Part shown: positions 12,128-25,701 of the stretch, in pieces
Position numbering within the stretch: the first letter of the stretch is position 1
Layout of the letters: each line of letters starts with the position of its first letter
Origin: Octopus sinensis
Lineage: Eukaryota
Length of the DNA stretch: 64,000 nucleotides
Direction: 5' to 3'
NCBI RefSeq assembly: GCF_006345805.1
Contig: NW_021836130.1
Coordinates: 187,729-251,728 of the forward strand
Position numbers and translations under genes: made by a program
The notes under the pieces: model-generated
What the model was told of the DNA's origin: nothing
Database searches by the model: none
What the model saw: the letters and a program-made list of their open reading frames with translations, nothing else

Positions 12128-13035
12128 ATTGATTTGAAGTTTGAAAAATAAACATAGGATTCAATTGTTTCAGCACACTTTCCATGTCAATTTAATTTTT
12201 TGGTGTAAAAATGAGGCTTTTCCTTTTAATGCCCCGCAACCACTGAAGCTCGCTTTGTTATCGAGTAGTCGCATTTATATGCTTTTTGTTGTTTTTGTTG
12301 TGATACGTACGTTTGAGTTTATGAATTTCTATCCATATGGCCATACGGCCACTTATTATTTACTATTAAATTACAAGTAAAGTGCTAATCACTGACAGTT
12401 TTAGTCTGCTACAATATTTTAATTTATTCGTCAATCTTTAGTTAATTCTTGCAAATGAGCTGTTTTATTTCCAATTCAGATTTTTCGTATTTATTAAACA
12501 AATTTATAATAATATTTACAAAATCGGTATTGTTCTTTTTTTAGTTTTAATTCTATTAATTTATTTAGAGCTTTATGCTAGAGTGAACTCTTTTTCTATG
12601 CTGAAGATATTGTCATTGTTGCTAAAAACAGATTTTATGAAAACCCATCCAAAAGGGTACAAGGAATACTTTATTCATTAACTGTTTGGTTTAAACAACT
12701 ACAGCCTGGCGGATTGCCAAACTGTTCCCCCGGATAACGGCGATCGAGAACCGTTGCAATAGCCAGTCTAGCTCCCGAGGATCGTGGGTACAGACTAAAA
12801 CTGACATTAATTAAAATGTTCTAGCAGACTAAAACTGACATCGATTAGCTTTTTTCTTGTAATTTAATAGTAAAGAATAAGTGGCCGCATGGCCATATGG
12901 ATAGTGTTCCATAAACATATAACAGTAAAAGCATTTAAATGCGACCAGTCGAGTTGAAAGCGGCCTTCAGTGGTTGCGGGGCATAAAATGGTAAAGCCTC
13001 TTTTTTAACACTAAAAATTCAAACTTCAAATCAAT
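12128..13035. mobile_element. Foldback/MITE-like element with about 250-300 bp imperfect inverted repeats
   Basis: ATTGATTTGAAGTTTGAA...GCCCCGCAACCACTGAAG...CAGTTTTAGTCTGCTA (12128-12425) mirrored at about 12810-13035; no exact TSD found. Confidence 0.75.
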
Positions 13036-13624
13036 TATAATAACTAGGGCGATTCTATTAAGCTAAAAAATAAAAATTTTAACCAAAAAATAACTTTATT
13101 AACCTAAAAGCTAAAAAAATTAACCGAAAAATTTAACTTAGTAACTAAACAATTTTTTAGTTAGAACTTGCAACTAATACTTTTTCTGTAAATATTTTAT
13201 TGTCTAGTTTTTGTCAATTGTCTTTTTTATTCTAAAATTACCTATTTCGTTCCATTTTATAAAATTTGAACAGAAAGACTTTAAAATCTGAAAGTTATGA
13301 AATTTATTATATAATAATCGAATAGTTACATAACAATTAATATAAATTCAAGTATCGGTAGTTAAATACATCCTGTTAAATTTGAATATAGTTTTATCAA
13401 CACAAGTTAATTTAAAATTCTGCAGGAGCCATCTCGTCTCCAGAGGATTGTGTGTTCTCAGGTCTTGAGACGTCCAATACACTTGAGGAAGCACAACGAC
13501 TCCTTTCCAATCAATCCCAGGGTTTCGACAGCAACCGGCCAGAGGAGTAACCAGTTTAGAGATTTAAAATTCTTTTATTAAAAAATCATTCGTAACATAA
13601 TAACATTCTAAATATACATTGAAA

Positions 13625-14500
13625 GAACATAAGCTGCAAATACAATTCAAGGATTCATTTTCATAAATGAATCAATTTTTAATTTATCATATTAAAATCA
13701 AAAAACGTACTTATTAATCAAATGTGACAAATTCAAAGAAACAAACAAACCATTCAAACAATATAATTTATTTGATATAATGTTCTCATAAAAAACGACA
13801 TAATCCAACTTGTATTCCATCATTAATTTCAATTGAATAAATTATTTTTATATGAGTCAATAATTGTGTAGTATAAATTTGAAGGTAAATATTAAATCTG
13901 CAACAAATAAACAACAATCGGTATTAATAGGAGTATTAGCACCATCAGTATGCATAAATTGAGATCAACAAAACAAATTAATAACTGAATCACTATCGAC
14001 AATCTCCTCATAGTTTTCCTTTATCGTATCTTCGTCCGCCTTATCTTCACTTTCTTTTGAATATTTATAGAATCCGATTTTCTTTTAAATTAAATGAATA
14101 TATTTGTGACGAGGTTGGCCAGAACAGTGAATTTTGTGATTGTAGTCTCCGTACAATTTTTCATGCATTTTTGATCAATTTTTAGAGTGTTAATACGATT
14201 GATTTTTCATATGCTCCCAGTGCCTAATTTCAAACATGTCCAACATACCACAGAGTCTCGGATAGGATTAGTGCGTATATTGTCGCTCATGTTGATTAAC
14301 ACGGCAAGATATTAGATGTCACGTGTGTATGGAATGAATTGACAGTTCTTGCTGAAACAGCAATCCAGCTTCTATGTAAATTACAAAGTGAGTGTTGGCA
14401 ACGGCGGAAGAAAGGAGTGTCTGATAACTTTCGTAGCAGTTATTAAAATTGGTGTATTATTTGTATTGACGTTATAGAATGATGTAATTTTATTAAATTA
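13625..14500. repeat. Dispersed repeat; internally deleted copy at 18975-19205
   Basis: AAGCTGCAAAT..TTCAAGGATTCATTTT and GGAATGAATTGA..CTTCTATGTAAATTACAAA..GTGTTGGCAACGGCG shared between the two loci. Confidence 0.7.
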
Positions 14501-14639
14501 ATAGAAAATGTCATTTTATGCAATTCAACAACAGTAAAACTGCCAAATTTTCCTGAAAAGTTTGTCGTAGATTATCGACTTTCTATACAAATATGCTAGG
14601 AATAATATTTTACAAATGCAAAATATAAAAAAATTGATT

Positions 14640-15700
14640 CACGTTGACAAGATTTTCATTATTAAAAAAATTGTGTTAATCGTAATATGTGACTGGTTTG
14701 CGTGATACCTATGGGCCGCGTGATACCTGACGTGACCTTGTTTATTCCACTTATTCCCGTATCTTTCAAAGGGCTTTCTTAGAAGATGAGTGGACAGAAT
14801 GTTATAACTGTACACTGCATTTTCTAATTTTTCCAGCCACTTTTTATTATCATTGTCGATCATTTTTTGCCATTTTTCTTGTATTGACTGGTTGAAGCGT
14901 TCGACAATCCCATGTGAGCGGGATTGTTTGGCCTTCCGTGAATTCGTTTGATATTGAATTCCTCACATAGATTGGTCATTTCACGATTCTTGAATTCAGT
15001 CCCATTATCGACTGAAGAAATTGACGCGGACCATTTAAGAAAAATATGATCTGAGGTTTTCACAAACTTCATTTGAGGACTTAGTGTAGAGCGGCCTCGC
15101 AAATGCAAATCTATAAAAATTGTTAAAAAACTAACCTGCTATATACGTCAATGACCGTTAAAATCCATTTAAAATTTTTCAGATCTATAAGATCTATCTG
15201 AAATCTTTTATTTGGCAAGATGCAAACATGGTTATTTATATCTCCAATCTAGGATTTAAAAAAGTTAAAACTTTTAAGGGTCGCGCAATTTCAAATTTCA
15301 CAGTTTCGAATGACTTTTCGAATAATCTCATTTTTAACTGTGAAATATCGTTGTCGACATTCATATTCAATTTTGTTAACTCCTCCATGCGAGAAGTCAT
15401 GCAAACTTTTAGCAACGATCTCCATTTCGGGTTCATTGTCTAGACAAATCACTAGTTTGTGATCTGAATTCGCACATTTAAGATACCAATCTATACATTT
15501 ACAATTTGTATGATACCTTTCATTAATTACAGTAAATTTCAATTTTCTTTAACTAGTCTATATTTTTTTGCTTTGTAAGATGTTCAGGAAATTTATCCTG
15601 TAAAGCATCTTTAAAATTTGATGTTCCAAACTATTCTTTACATAACCTTTGTACGAGGACATTGCTGCAAAATACTTGTACGCTAGAAATACTCAAGAAA
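14640..15700 (-). mobile_element. Ginger2/TDD-like integrase transposon, degenerate, intron-containing
   Basis: HHCC-like HDFSHGGVNK..C, WILTVIDVYSR|FAFARPL (25-nt intron 15111-15135), DNGTEFKN, HGRP, WLEKLENAVYSYN; matching TIR pair not found. Confidence 0.75.
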
Positions 15701-16154
15701 TTTAGGTTTTCCACCAAAAAATTAATTTCTGATAATTAAATTCCTACAAATATATTTTTTTTGTCAAAATGCGCAGCCCATGTCATAATAGCTTCATCTA
15801 TAACAAAAATTAGCTACCGTTAATATAGACAAAATTAGCTACCGTTATATAGACAAAAATCGATTCAATATACCTGCTAGTGAGACAGCTAAGCCAACCG
15901 AAAATTAGTTCTGATTTTGACAGCATTAAATAAGAATAATCATTTACTACATAACTTGCTGTCTGTCCTCGTGGAATAAAACCAGAAACAACGCTAATCG
16001 TTACAATAAATATTTTTTATTTGAATGGTTTTCATATTAATCCAGCAAGAAAACAATATTTTTACCGAATGGAAAAATGTATAATCGGAAATTCATCGCT
16101 TAACAGGCAAACAACTAAAAAAATAATCGGTATGAATATTAATTGAGGCAATTA

Positions 16155-18097
16155 TTAGAAGACATTAAACTTTAAATAGTTAATTAGTAAATTCCGAAAA
16201 ACTGTCAAACGCGAAATTGATTTCTGTGTCAATTTCTTCAGCAATTCCGTACAAGTGTAAAAACCCATGAGGAAATCCGTCAATGACGCGAAGCTGAACA
16301 TTGTGACCAATATCATAAAGACGCTTTGCCATAAAATCGAATCATCCAACAATGAGTCATAACTCCCCACCTATTCTCGGTTATTAGGGCTTAATACAAA
16401 TATTCTAACAGGAGGCAATGTCCTCAGTATTTCATCACTGAAATTAGCTGGAGAGACCCAAGGGTCGTTTCTAATGTCCTCGTCCAGAATTTTGGATGTA
16501 ACGTCGCCTATCCAATACCCCAGATTGTATTTGGACAACATGGAATCGATAGTGTCCGAATCAAAACCAGAAAATTGAGGAACTCGCTGGTTTTCGGAAC
16601 GAATATCAACCTTCAAATATGCTGCCAAATTTTCAATAAAAAGAACCAGAAATAGCAGCATAACTTGACGAAAATGAGACAACAAAATCAACAACTGAGA
16701 GAAAACGAGAAGGAGTTGCATTCAATGACAGTGAAAAGTAAGGATATGCCCAAAAAAGCACATCTGGCTTACGTAGACCTTCCATTATAGTTTTAGCCGC
16801 AACTGTCAACACCAAATTCGCACCCGCACTATCACCGAACATAATAATTTTTCGACCTCTAGTGCCTATATTTATTAATATAATTTAACATACCAAGAAA
16901 TTTAAGATTTTCAAGGGCCCATTTGTAAGAATAGAAACATTGATCAATCGCCTTTGGGAATGGAGCCGTTGGAGCAAGCGAGTAGTCAACAGAAAGAATG
17001 GGCAAATTGGTAGCTCGACTTAACGCAGTCAAATATGTCTATAAATACGAAATAAGAGACCACCAAGTGACTGGCAGATGTATGGGCGATGAACCCTCCC
17101 CCATGGAAGTGAATTATTAAATCGTCAGAAATATTCTCCGACACACTTTCTTTATCAAAAAACTAATAAAATCACAACAAATAGAGAACATTGTAAGATA
17201 TAAGTCGGACAGACACGGGATCCCCCTCAGGAGGGTGTATCAAAAATAGGTCATTGATTTTTGGGGAATGAAAACCATCGAACAATTTATTAAATGAAAG
17301 GCGATTCAAATTGTTAAGAAAAACTTGAATAAGAACTAGAAATACAGTAAACAGTGGTTTTTCAGTTAAATTCCAAACATCAGTAACTGCCTGCAAGTTC
17401 ACAAATTATTAAAAAAAGCAATCTATGTGAATAAATGAATAAAAACAAATTTCGATCTGAGAAAATAGTCGGAGTTGGTCAATCTTGCAATGTCGAACAT
17501 ACTTGATAAAAAATTACCTTTCGTCGCCGTATTTTTGACTCGACAGGCCACAAAAAATGAAGCCAAGAGATTTAAAGGTTTGTGGAAGGCACTTGGAAAC
17601 TCGAAAATTATCAATCAATATTACAAAAAATGCCATTTTTGAGCGAAAAAATACAGTTTGGTCAACTTGGTTTATCTTTTGATTACTTGCTCCATTTGCC
17701 GAGGATTGGAGCTGCTTGTATTTGGAGACACGAGTAGGTCCATCACATCAGCCAGTTTTAGCATCTGTTCTAGAATATCAACGTGCTGACGTAGATTATT
17801 TGTTTGGGCTTTGCTGTTGTATTTTTCTGTGGATATTTCGACGGTTATGTCATAGATTGGTTTGATTGACTTATCCAAAATAGAGAAATAACTTCGAAGG
17901 CCATTGAAAGGAATTGATGGATGACAGTCAAATTGAGGAGCCTTTTCGTAAAGGTCAAAAAGTTTTTTTTCAAGTTCCGTATCAAAAAAAATATTTTGAA
18001 GACAAGTGGAAATATGATTTGGTACTTTTTCTAAATTTTTATCATCTTTTATGAATTCGCGAATGCGAGAGAATAACACAGCTGTATTTGAGGTCAT
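16155..18097 (-). CDS. LIPE: Hormone-sensitive lipase-like alpha/beta hydrolase with HSL_N region, multi-exon
   Basis: HFHGGGFIAH oxyanion motif, VDYSLAPTAPFPKA, FGDSAGANL nucleophile, DPWVSP, DSLLDDS; 3' end approximate. Confidence 0.85.
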
Positions 18098-18249
18098 TAA
18101 ATGAGAACAGTATAAATTTAATTCTTATAATTTAATGTAATAAAAATTATGATAAAGTTAAATAAAAATAACTAATTCATATCAAATTAATAAAAGATGG
18201 AATTCTCAACTTATACGTCATTTTTTGAACTATTCTTATTATTTCTGCA

Positions 18250-18850
18250 AACACTTCTTTATCCTAAGATTTTTGGAGTTGAGAGTCTTTCTGTTCACTT
18301 TTTAATCTTCTTTTATTGTCCTCGTCATGTCATTCGTTAAAGCGTCGTTCTTTGAATTCTTTATCAAATCATTGACCTCAATCTTGTAATGTCGAACAAA
18401 TCATTGACCTCAATCTGCTGACAGTAATCTTTGTCAATCCACCCATAGCTGCACTCAACTCGAATACTTTCTGGGATCTTTTTTATTAAACCGGTCTTTT
18501 GTAGAATTCTAAAAATAATCACTGATGAGCATTCGGTCACATTTTGTAGCCAAATAATCAATGTTTTTTACAATGTTGGAATGAGTGCACTTTGATTCGG
18601 TTTTTCGAAAAATAAGTTCCGATCTCGAACAAACGTAGCATTCCTTCACATATATAAGCCACCGGAAAGACTCAGTAAGCTTCACATTTGTATTCATTAG
18701 ACAATTAATAAATCTCTCCATAATCTCTTCTTCAGACTTTTATAAAGAGACTTTCAGTTTAAAGAAATTTAGACGATTTTAGGATAAAGTTGCTAGTTTT
18801 TTAAAGTCTTTACTTTACGTCCTATTTCCTTAAAAAACCAAGTTTTAAAT
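18250..18850 (-). mobile_element. Decayed 3' fragment related to the RLE retrotransposon at 42176-45768
   Basis: ESFRWL...NIDYLATKCDRML aligns by eye with ESNVWL...TVDHLATRCSRML. Confidence 0.6.
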
Positions 18851-19549
18851 TTAGTGTCAATTAAGTTAAACTGTTGAAAAACATTTTCTGGCAGCAAAAA
18901 TAAAATGGCTGTTTGCTCTGAATTGAAAATGCCGGGAATTCAACAAAATTCTCAACACAACAATCTTCTCAACACAAGCTGCAAATATATTTCAAGGATT
19001 CATTTTTATGAATGAATCAATTTTGGATCAGTTTGGAATGAATTGAAAGTTCTCGCTGGAAACAGCAATCGAGCTTCTATGTAAATTACAAAAGTGAGTG
19101 TTGGCAACGGCGAAGGAAAGGAGTATCTAATAAGTTTCATAGCAGTTATTAAAATTAATGTGTTATTTATAGTGACGCTATAGAATGATGTAGTTTTATT
19201 GAATTAAAAAATAATTTCTAAATGGCTATATCTTTCCATGGAGGCAGACTTTTCATCTGGGATGTTGTGTGCTTCAATACCTTTTTTAAAATGCCTCTTG
19301 AAAGGAATTAAAGTCGACCTTGAACAATGCTAAATTAATCGCGTTTGAGACGAGTTATTGTCAGAAATAAAAGGCATTTTTGAACTAAAGTCGTGAACGT
19401 ATATTTTAAGCTATTCAGGATGGAGGATAGTCCGTAGAGATAACATTTTTGAAATTTCTGTACATTAATTTGATGTGTTTATATTTGTAGGGTAAATTTA
19501 TTCGTTATTTGATTATAATTGATTTTTTGTTTATAAATTAGCAATAGTC

Positions 19550-20820
19550 AGTTCACTTACAAGACCAAAAAAAATTAAAAAGTTTAGTTAACATTATAAA
19601 TTAAACGATGGAATTGAACACAATAAAGAAAGAGCCAGAGTTCTTTAATGTCTAAATTTAATTTTGAAAAATGTAACTTTTGGTTATTAAAAAATTCAGA
19701 TTTCATCGTTGCTGAGAGATTTTGATATGTTGGATAGGGATCCTATGTATTCATTCAAAAAATTCGTGAATGACAAATAAAATTTTCAACACGGGATAAT
19801 ATATCGAAGAAGAAATTTTGTAATTTTGGATAATGCTGGGTGCCATAAAACTGAGAATTATTCAAATATAAATCGTTTAAATATCTTTCTGAAAATACGA
19901 CAGCAATACTTCAACCTTGTTACATTTAAATTAAGTTATTATTTAACGAATTGATGAAATTACAGAAAATTTGTATATTTACATCGACTAGGGTTGTAAT
20001 ATTCTAGTCGTCTTTGATAAAACTGACCTAAATATTTTCTGTTTTTATTTTTTTAAGCATTGTTATCGTATTAAAATAAATATGTAGTAAAAAAATTTCT
20101 AACAGTCTCAGTTAAAAATGGTTTTTTAATGGAATTCGGTCAGATTATCTACAAAAAATTATTATTTCGCTTAGCTCAATAAATTTATATGTTTTCGCGA
20201 GGCTCGATGAAAATTTACAAAATGTCTTTTCCCGCATTCTATCTTACACAAAAGAGTCGACAATATAGCGTACCATTCTCAAGAATCATTAATTCTTTAG
20301 GATAATCTTTTACAACAGCCTTAGCTTTTATTTGATACGATTTTGCTAACTTAGGCATGCCAAACAAAAATTTTAGAGGAAAAATATATTATTACAATGC
20401 GTCCTCGAATTGGGGAAAACCAAATAGCAGGGAAACCTTCTTTTTGGGGAAAACTTTGCTTTTGGAGAAATATTTTCGCCTGTTTTTCCAAATTGTAATC
20501 AATAATTTTAAAATTTATTTAACCTGATAATTTAGTTAGTTAACTAATTAACCTGTTAAAAAATTGAAATTATCAATTTTTAAAATTATTTTATAAATTT
20601 TATAAAGCCAATGCCTAGAAAACTAAGCAAGGATATATAAGGATAAAATGATTTGTGAAAGATTTAACATCTCTAAAGGAATGCTATACCTGCCAGCAAG
20701 GAAAGGAATCCTAGCTCAAGGCTTCTCAACATCCAAAGCGACAATTGGACACGAATTGAATGCCCAAGTTTACAAGATTTTTCGTAATCTCAGGTCGAAA
20801 GGTTACCCAATCAAATTTCC
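19550..20820 (+). mobile_element. pogo/Tigger transposase remnants (DDE fragment; separate CENP-B-like HTH fragment)
   Basis: ILDNAGCHK...NTTAILQPC near 19820-19920; ICERFNISK..ELNAQVYKIFRNLRSKGYPI at 20648-20810. Confidence 0.6.
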
Positions 20821-21787
20821 AGTTTCTGGGATGATAACAGTATTTACTAACTATTATTAAATTTTAACTTTGGTACCTAGTCCGCTCTATTTATAACACA
20901 GGCCCGTAAAAGTTGTAAGGTGTATCCATCTAAATTTGTGTCGAATCTATGGTATTAAAAGTGGAAGAAAGATGAAAGTACACAATTGAAGGCGGAGAGA
21001 TAGACAATTTTATTCAAGAAAAATAGACGTGCATTTTTGAGAGAACTTTATTAAGGTAGGAAATAATAATTTCTTGATGCTCCTCTGCAAATTTGGTTCT
21101 CAAGGAAAGATATATCCAAGTGAATGGACATAATAAATCCGCTACGAATTTTATGCAATCGATTGTTAAAGACGCTAGTTACATGCTTCCTACAGATCAA
21201 CTATATAACCGACTTGATGGGCGATTAATTACCTACAAGAGGTTGCGAAGAGAACCAATTTCCAGGAATTCTCCGGAAATATAGAAAAAAATATTTTTGT
21301 TGAATTATCAACGTAATACAAATAGAAAAATACATTTGTACCAAACAAATTTCAATCTCTTTACATTAAAAAAATTCTACCGATCCTATATAGAATCACG
21401 TGTGATGGTTCCAGTAAGGGCAAGAAAAGGAGTGAATTTTAACGTCATTTTGAAATTTTTACAGAAATGCAGAAAAAATCATCGCAAATTGTATGATTAG
21501 GATTCCATTAACCTGATTAATAAAATTTTCTTTATTAACTCTCATCTTGATTTAGCCGATTAGAAAAAGTCCTTATGTGTGTCCTTTATAAAAATATTTG
21601 TCAAAATTAATCTAAAAAATGTCAAAATTGAATATCGCATTATCAAAATTGACATAAAAATTGTCAAACTTGAACTGAAAATATAGATGCTTTGTAGATT
21701 TTGCTGATTTACGTCGTTATTATTTTCTAAATGAGAACTATTCCTGGATAATTTAGTCTAAAATAGATTACAGTTCTAATTAATATA

Positions 21788-23128
21788 TGTCACCGTCCAG
21801 ACCGGCCGAGGCGCCATATCGGTTAGGTCAATTATCTAAATACAAAACAAATATTTTTCCTACAAAACATTTCATTGCAAAAAAATATTGATAATAAAAA
21901 AATAAAATCTTATTAATAAAAAAGTTCTAAAAAGTTGAAAAGATTAGCATTAATCAATGGTTTTAGTTGAATTAACTCGAGACACCCTCGAAAAATTAGG
22001 GAGTATTTGGAATCAGGCCACCTTGATGATTCCTTGAGTTCGGAAGAAAGGGCACGAATACGGAGATATGCCAAAAAATTTAGTTTCAAGGAGAACAACA
22101 CCTACATTTCTAAAAATGGCTCAAAGTTGCGTTTTTTTGTATCGAAGACACTGAACTTAAGTTAAAATTCATTGAAGGAGTGTATTTGTTTATTTAAATT
22201 AGGCTCCACGAGTGCATCAAATGGAAATTTTGAATGCTATAAAACATGCGTGAAGAAAATAGCAAGAGACTACAATAAATCCGTCCACGAAACAACAAAA
22301 CAAAGGCCTTTTGACCTCTTGTTCGGAACTGATTTGGAGAAACCAAATAAAAAACTAACAATTCTGAGGTCGTGAAAAAGGAACAAAGCCCTTGAAAATA
22401 TTGTAAAATCGGGAGAAAAAATGAAAAGGCGGAGAAAATGGAAATATGACGAAGTTGAAAGTGGCGATGAAATTTTAATACGCCATGATGGGGATGCAAA
22501 CCCGGGTTATAGAAAATACCCATTATACGACGAGATATCTGCACAAAAATATATTGTGAAAAATAGGGATCGAGAACTCGTAACGATAATTAATGAAGAG
22601 GATGACAAAGACCAAAGGATACATATTAGCAGAGTAAAAAAAATTTAACTCCAAATATTCATGGGGTTCGTTCTGTGTTTTTTCTCGTGTCATATTTACT
22701 TAATTGTGAAATAATTGTGCCATTGTTACAAATTCGACGTGGCCGAAGGCCGCATAGGGAAAAATATTCACATTGAATCATCCGGCCGTAGGCCGGATTG
22801 TATTTTAGAGTTTTAATGATAAAAATAGAAATTTACAACATTTTTAAAAATTAAAAATGGATTTTTCTAATAAACTTTATTGTTGAGAATTGTTTGGCTA
22901 ACCTTGGTTAAAGCGTTTTTAAATAAAATGCAATGTCAATACGGTAATTATCCGGAAATGACTGGATGTTGGTTTTTTATGAACTCAGTAACTCCAATAT
23001 TTTGGCAAAAATAATATTAAAATCAACAAAAGAATGAACAGAAAAAGAAAATAACTTCCGAAAGGTAGTTTTTATTAAAAATTTTATACATAACCGATCT
23101 GGCGCCCCGACCTATCTGGACGGTGACA
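21788..23128 (+). mobile_element. Ginger2/TDD-like DNA transposon, internally deleted, TIRs and 5-bp TSD ATATA
   Basis: TGTCACCGTCCAGA..GGCGCCA.ATCGGTTA at left, inverted copy ending GGACGGTGACA at 23128; ATATA on both flanks; integrase tail YNKSVHETTKQRPFDLLFG. Confidence 0.88.
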
Positions 23129-23320
23129 ATATATTTTCTAAATTCAGTTAGGAAATCTCCCAGCAAGATACTACAATTTTAAATATATTTTGTGTCTAAT
23201 CAGACCACCTAATTCAAAAATCAGCAACTACAAAACGCCCAAAACCAGCACAAAAATAACAATAAAACTATCCCAATAAACTTTAGTTTAAACCCAAAAT
23301 AAAGTCAAAAAACCAGACAA

Positions 23321-25701
23321 TCACCCCCTCCCATAAATGGACCCCTTAGTGGTCCTCGAATTCTACACAATACAACCACACAAATCTACTTTTCTAGACA
23401 TTGGTAGACTTATTGGAAATGTCGGCTTATATGTAAGTCTGGCACGAGAAGGCAGATCCTTAACTTTATATATCCTCACAATCCAATTCTCGCTCGTAAA
23501 TGCCTCCTCCATGTGAGTCAACTCATTGACTACATGCCCAACCATCTGTCTCCTCGACTTGTCATATCCATTAGTCTTTAATATATGTATAATACTACCA
23601 GCTTGTTATGAAAACGGTAGTAACAAAGTCGGAACATCAAAGAAGACTTCATCCTCTCAGAAACGCCCTTTCCAATGTTATAGTTCCCCTCCGAGTCAAA
23701 ATACTCATTTTCCTAAAATATCGGGCAATTGGGCACGTGGATCTCGTTAGGGTACTCCCCTTCGGATATTCGGACCATCCACAGAAACTTGGCGATATCG
23801 TCCGAGTCATACCCCAAATATCCCCCAAACACCACCAGAACATAATCCACGTCCAATTCCCGAGCAATTTCCGCAGCCCGTGACTCATTGGAGGCCATAG
23901 CTTTGCCCACCTAATTTGATTAGGGAGCAGTACAGTGGCAATATGAGTATTATTCCACGTATTATTATCCACTATGGTGGTTCTGTTAGAAAACCCCGTT
24001 ATTTGGTATCCGTAATCCCACCAGGACATGATCTTGGAGTCCTTTGGGGTGTTCCTTCCCAGCCAGTAGTAGGCCTCTCTGTAGTCGTCGATAATGTGGT
24101 GGGCTCTGCCAATAGTTGACTGACCAGTACCCGTCCTGTCCGCTTCCTTCCAGCACGATCGAAGTCCCCGAATACATCACGGCAGTAATCCACGTGCTGT
24201 GCACAACAAATAACGCAATCGCGGCAAAAAGTGAAGTTGTGGCCATCGAGAATGAAAAAAATGAATTTTTCTCAGTTCGGTGGGATCGAGAAATTCTACG
24301 GAAAACGGACTCCAAGGCAAAGGATGACACAATCGCGGAAATTGGGGTCAGAATAATCACCAGTCTGACCATCATCCCAGAAAAATAAGCAGAAGTGACA
24401 GCCAGAGTGAGAACCAGAATCATTTGATCACTCAAACGAGAAAAAGCCAGCCAAATTCCAATCGGAAAAACAGTCGGAATAAAATGCAAGTCAATAAAAT
24501 ATCTCGTCCAAATAGAAATCTGATGTTCAGCGACAGAAGAAATGATTGGAATGTTGATGGCCGCATAGGAAGTGTCAAACAACGAATAAAGACGGCCAGT
24601 CCAAGGGGAAATAACCCCTTCACTAATAACCCCCAAAAGACTACCCAAATAAGTAAGGACGCCCACCATCAACACACTAACGAGGCCAAACACACCCAAA
24701 CACAACAAAACCACCTTGGCTGCCCAACGAGAGTCACTGAGTGATCCCAAATGCTTAAAAAGTCCGACCAAACAGAGCAGTAGAAACACCACTGACATAT
24801 TATACGAATATTACTGAGAGAAGACATATGTTCGCTGGTTGTGAGCGGAAGGAATCCCACAAAAGGTATCTGCATAGACATAAGTAGGCCAAGAATATAA
24901 AAAGTAGTATAAGCTGATAATAAAACATGTATAAACCAAACCACAAAACAATTTACTAGTATATCGACCAGATATAACAAGTATGAATACATGGAGAGGG
25001 ATGACGTTGATTACATAAATATATCCTCCCCAGGAAGCCACCTACAAGTCAATAAACCTCCACCAACTGCATATAAGTAGAAAAAAGCAGTAAAAACTGC
25101 CCAGAGAAGACTCCCAGACTTGACAGTCCTGGCCCACAGATACAGAGTAAACATGATTATAAATATTGAAATACATTCATAGTCATAACTCCCTGCAACT
25201 GATCGGGAGACATATCCGGGGACTGGAAATGAGTGGAAGGGGACTACTTATGCTCATTATGAAGGCGGAGATCAACCCGGCTGATTTATTCCACACTTCT
25301 GAGGCAAATAAATAGGCTGTGATGGCCATTAGACCACTGTAGAAGGCAGGAAGGAATACACAGACTTCACGGATGTGGACTGGGAGGCTGAGGGAGTGGA
25401 GTGCCCAATGGAGGAGGCCGGATGTGCTCATTATGCCTGGGTAAACTGTTCCGCCGACGTCTCTTCCCAGGGGATACCAGGCTGACTCGTCAAACCAGTT
25501 TATAAAGTCATAAAATGAGTTCTCGACCATCATTTTTGTGGCACGATAGTTAAACCAGGGGTCGAATTCGTGGATTATGCTTTCGAATTTTATGACGGAG
25601 TGGAGTCTTGTTATGAACGATAAGACACATATTGAGATCAGAATTAGTGTCAGCAGAAATGTCTTTTGCCTTTCTATTTTTTGGTGATACAGGATCCCCA
25701 T
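23321..25701 (-). CDS. STT3B: Oligosaccharyltransferase catalytic subunit STT3 (STT3B-like), multi-exon
   Basis: [65 protein letters not shown]; 25-27 nt introns. Confidence 0.95.
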
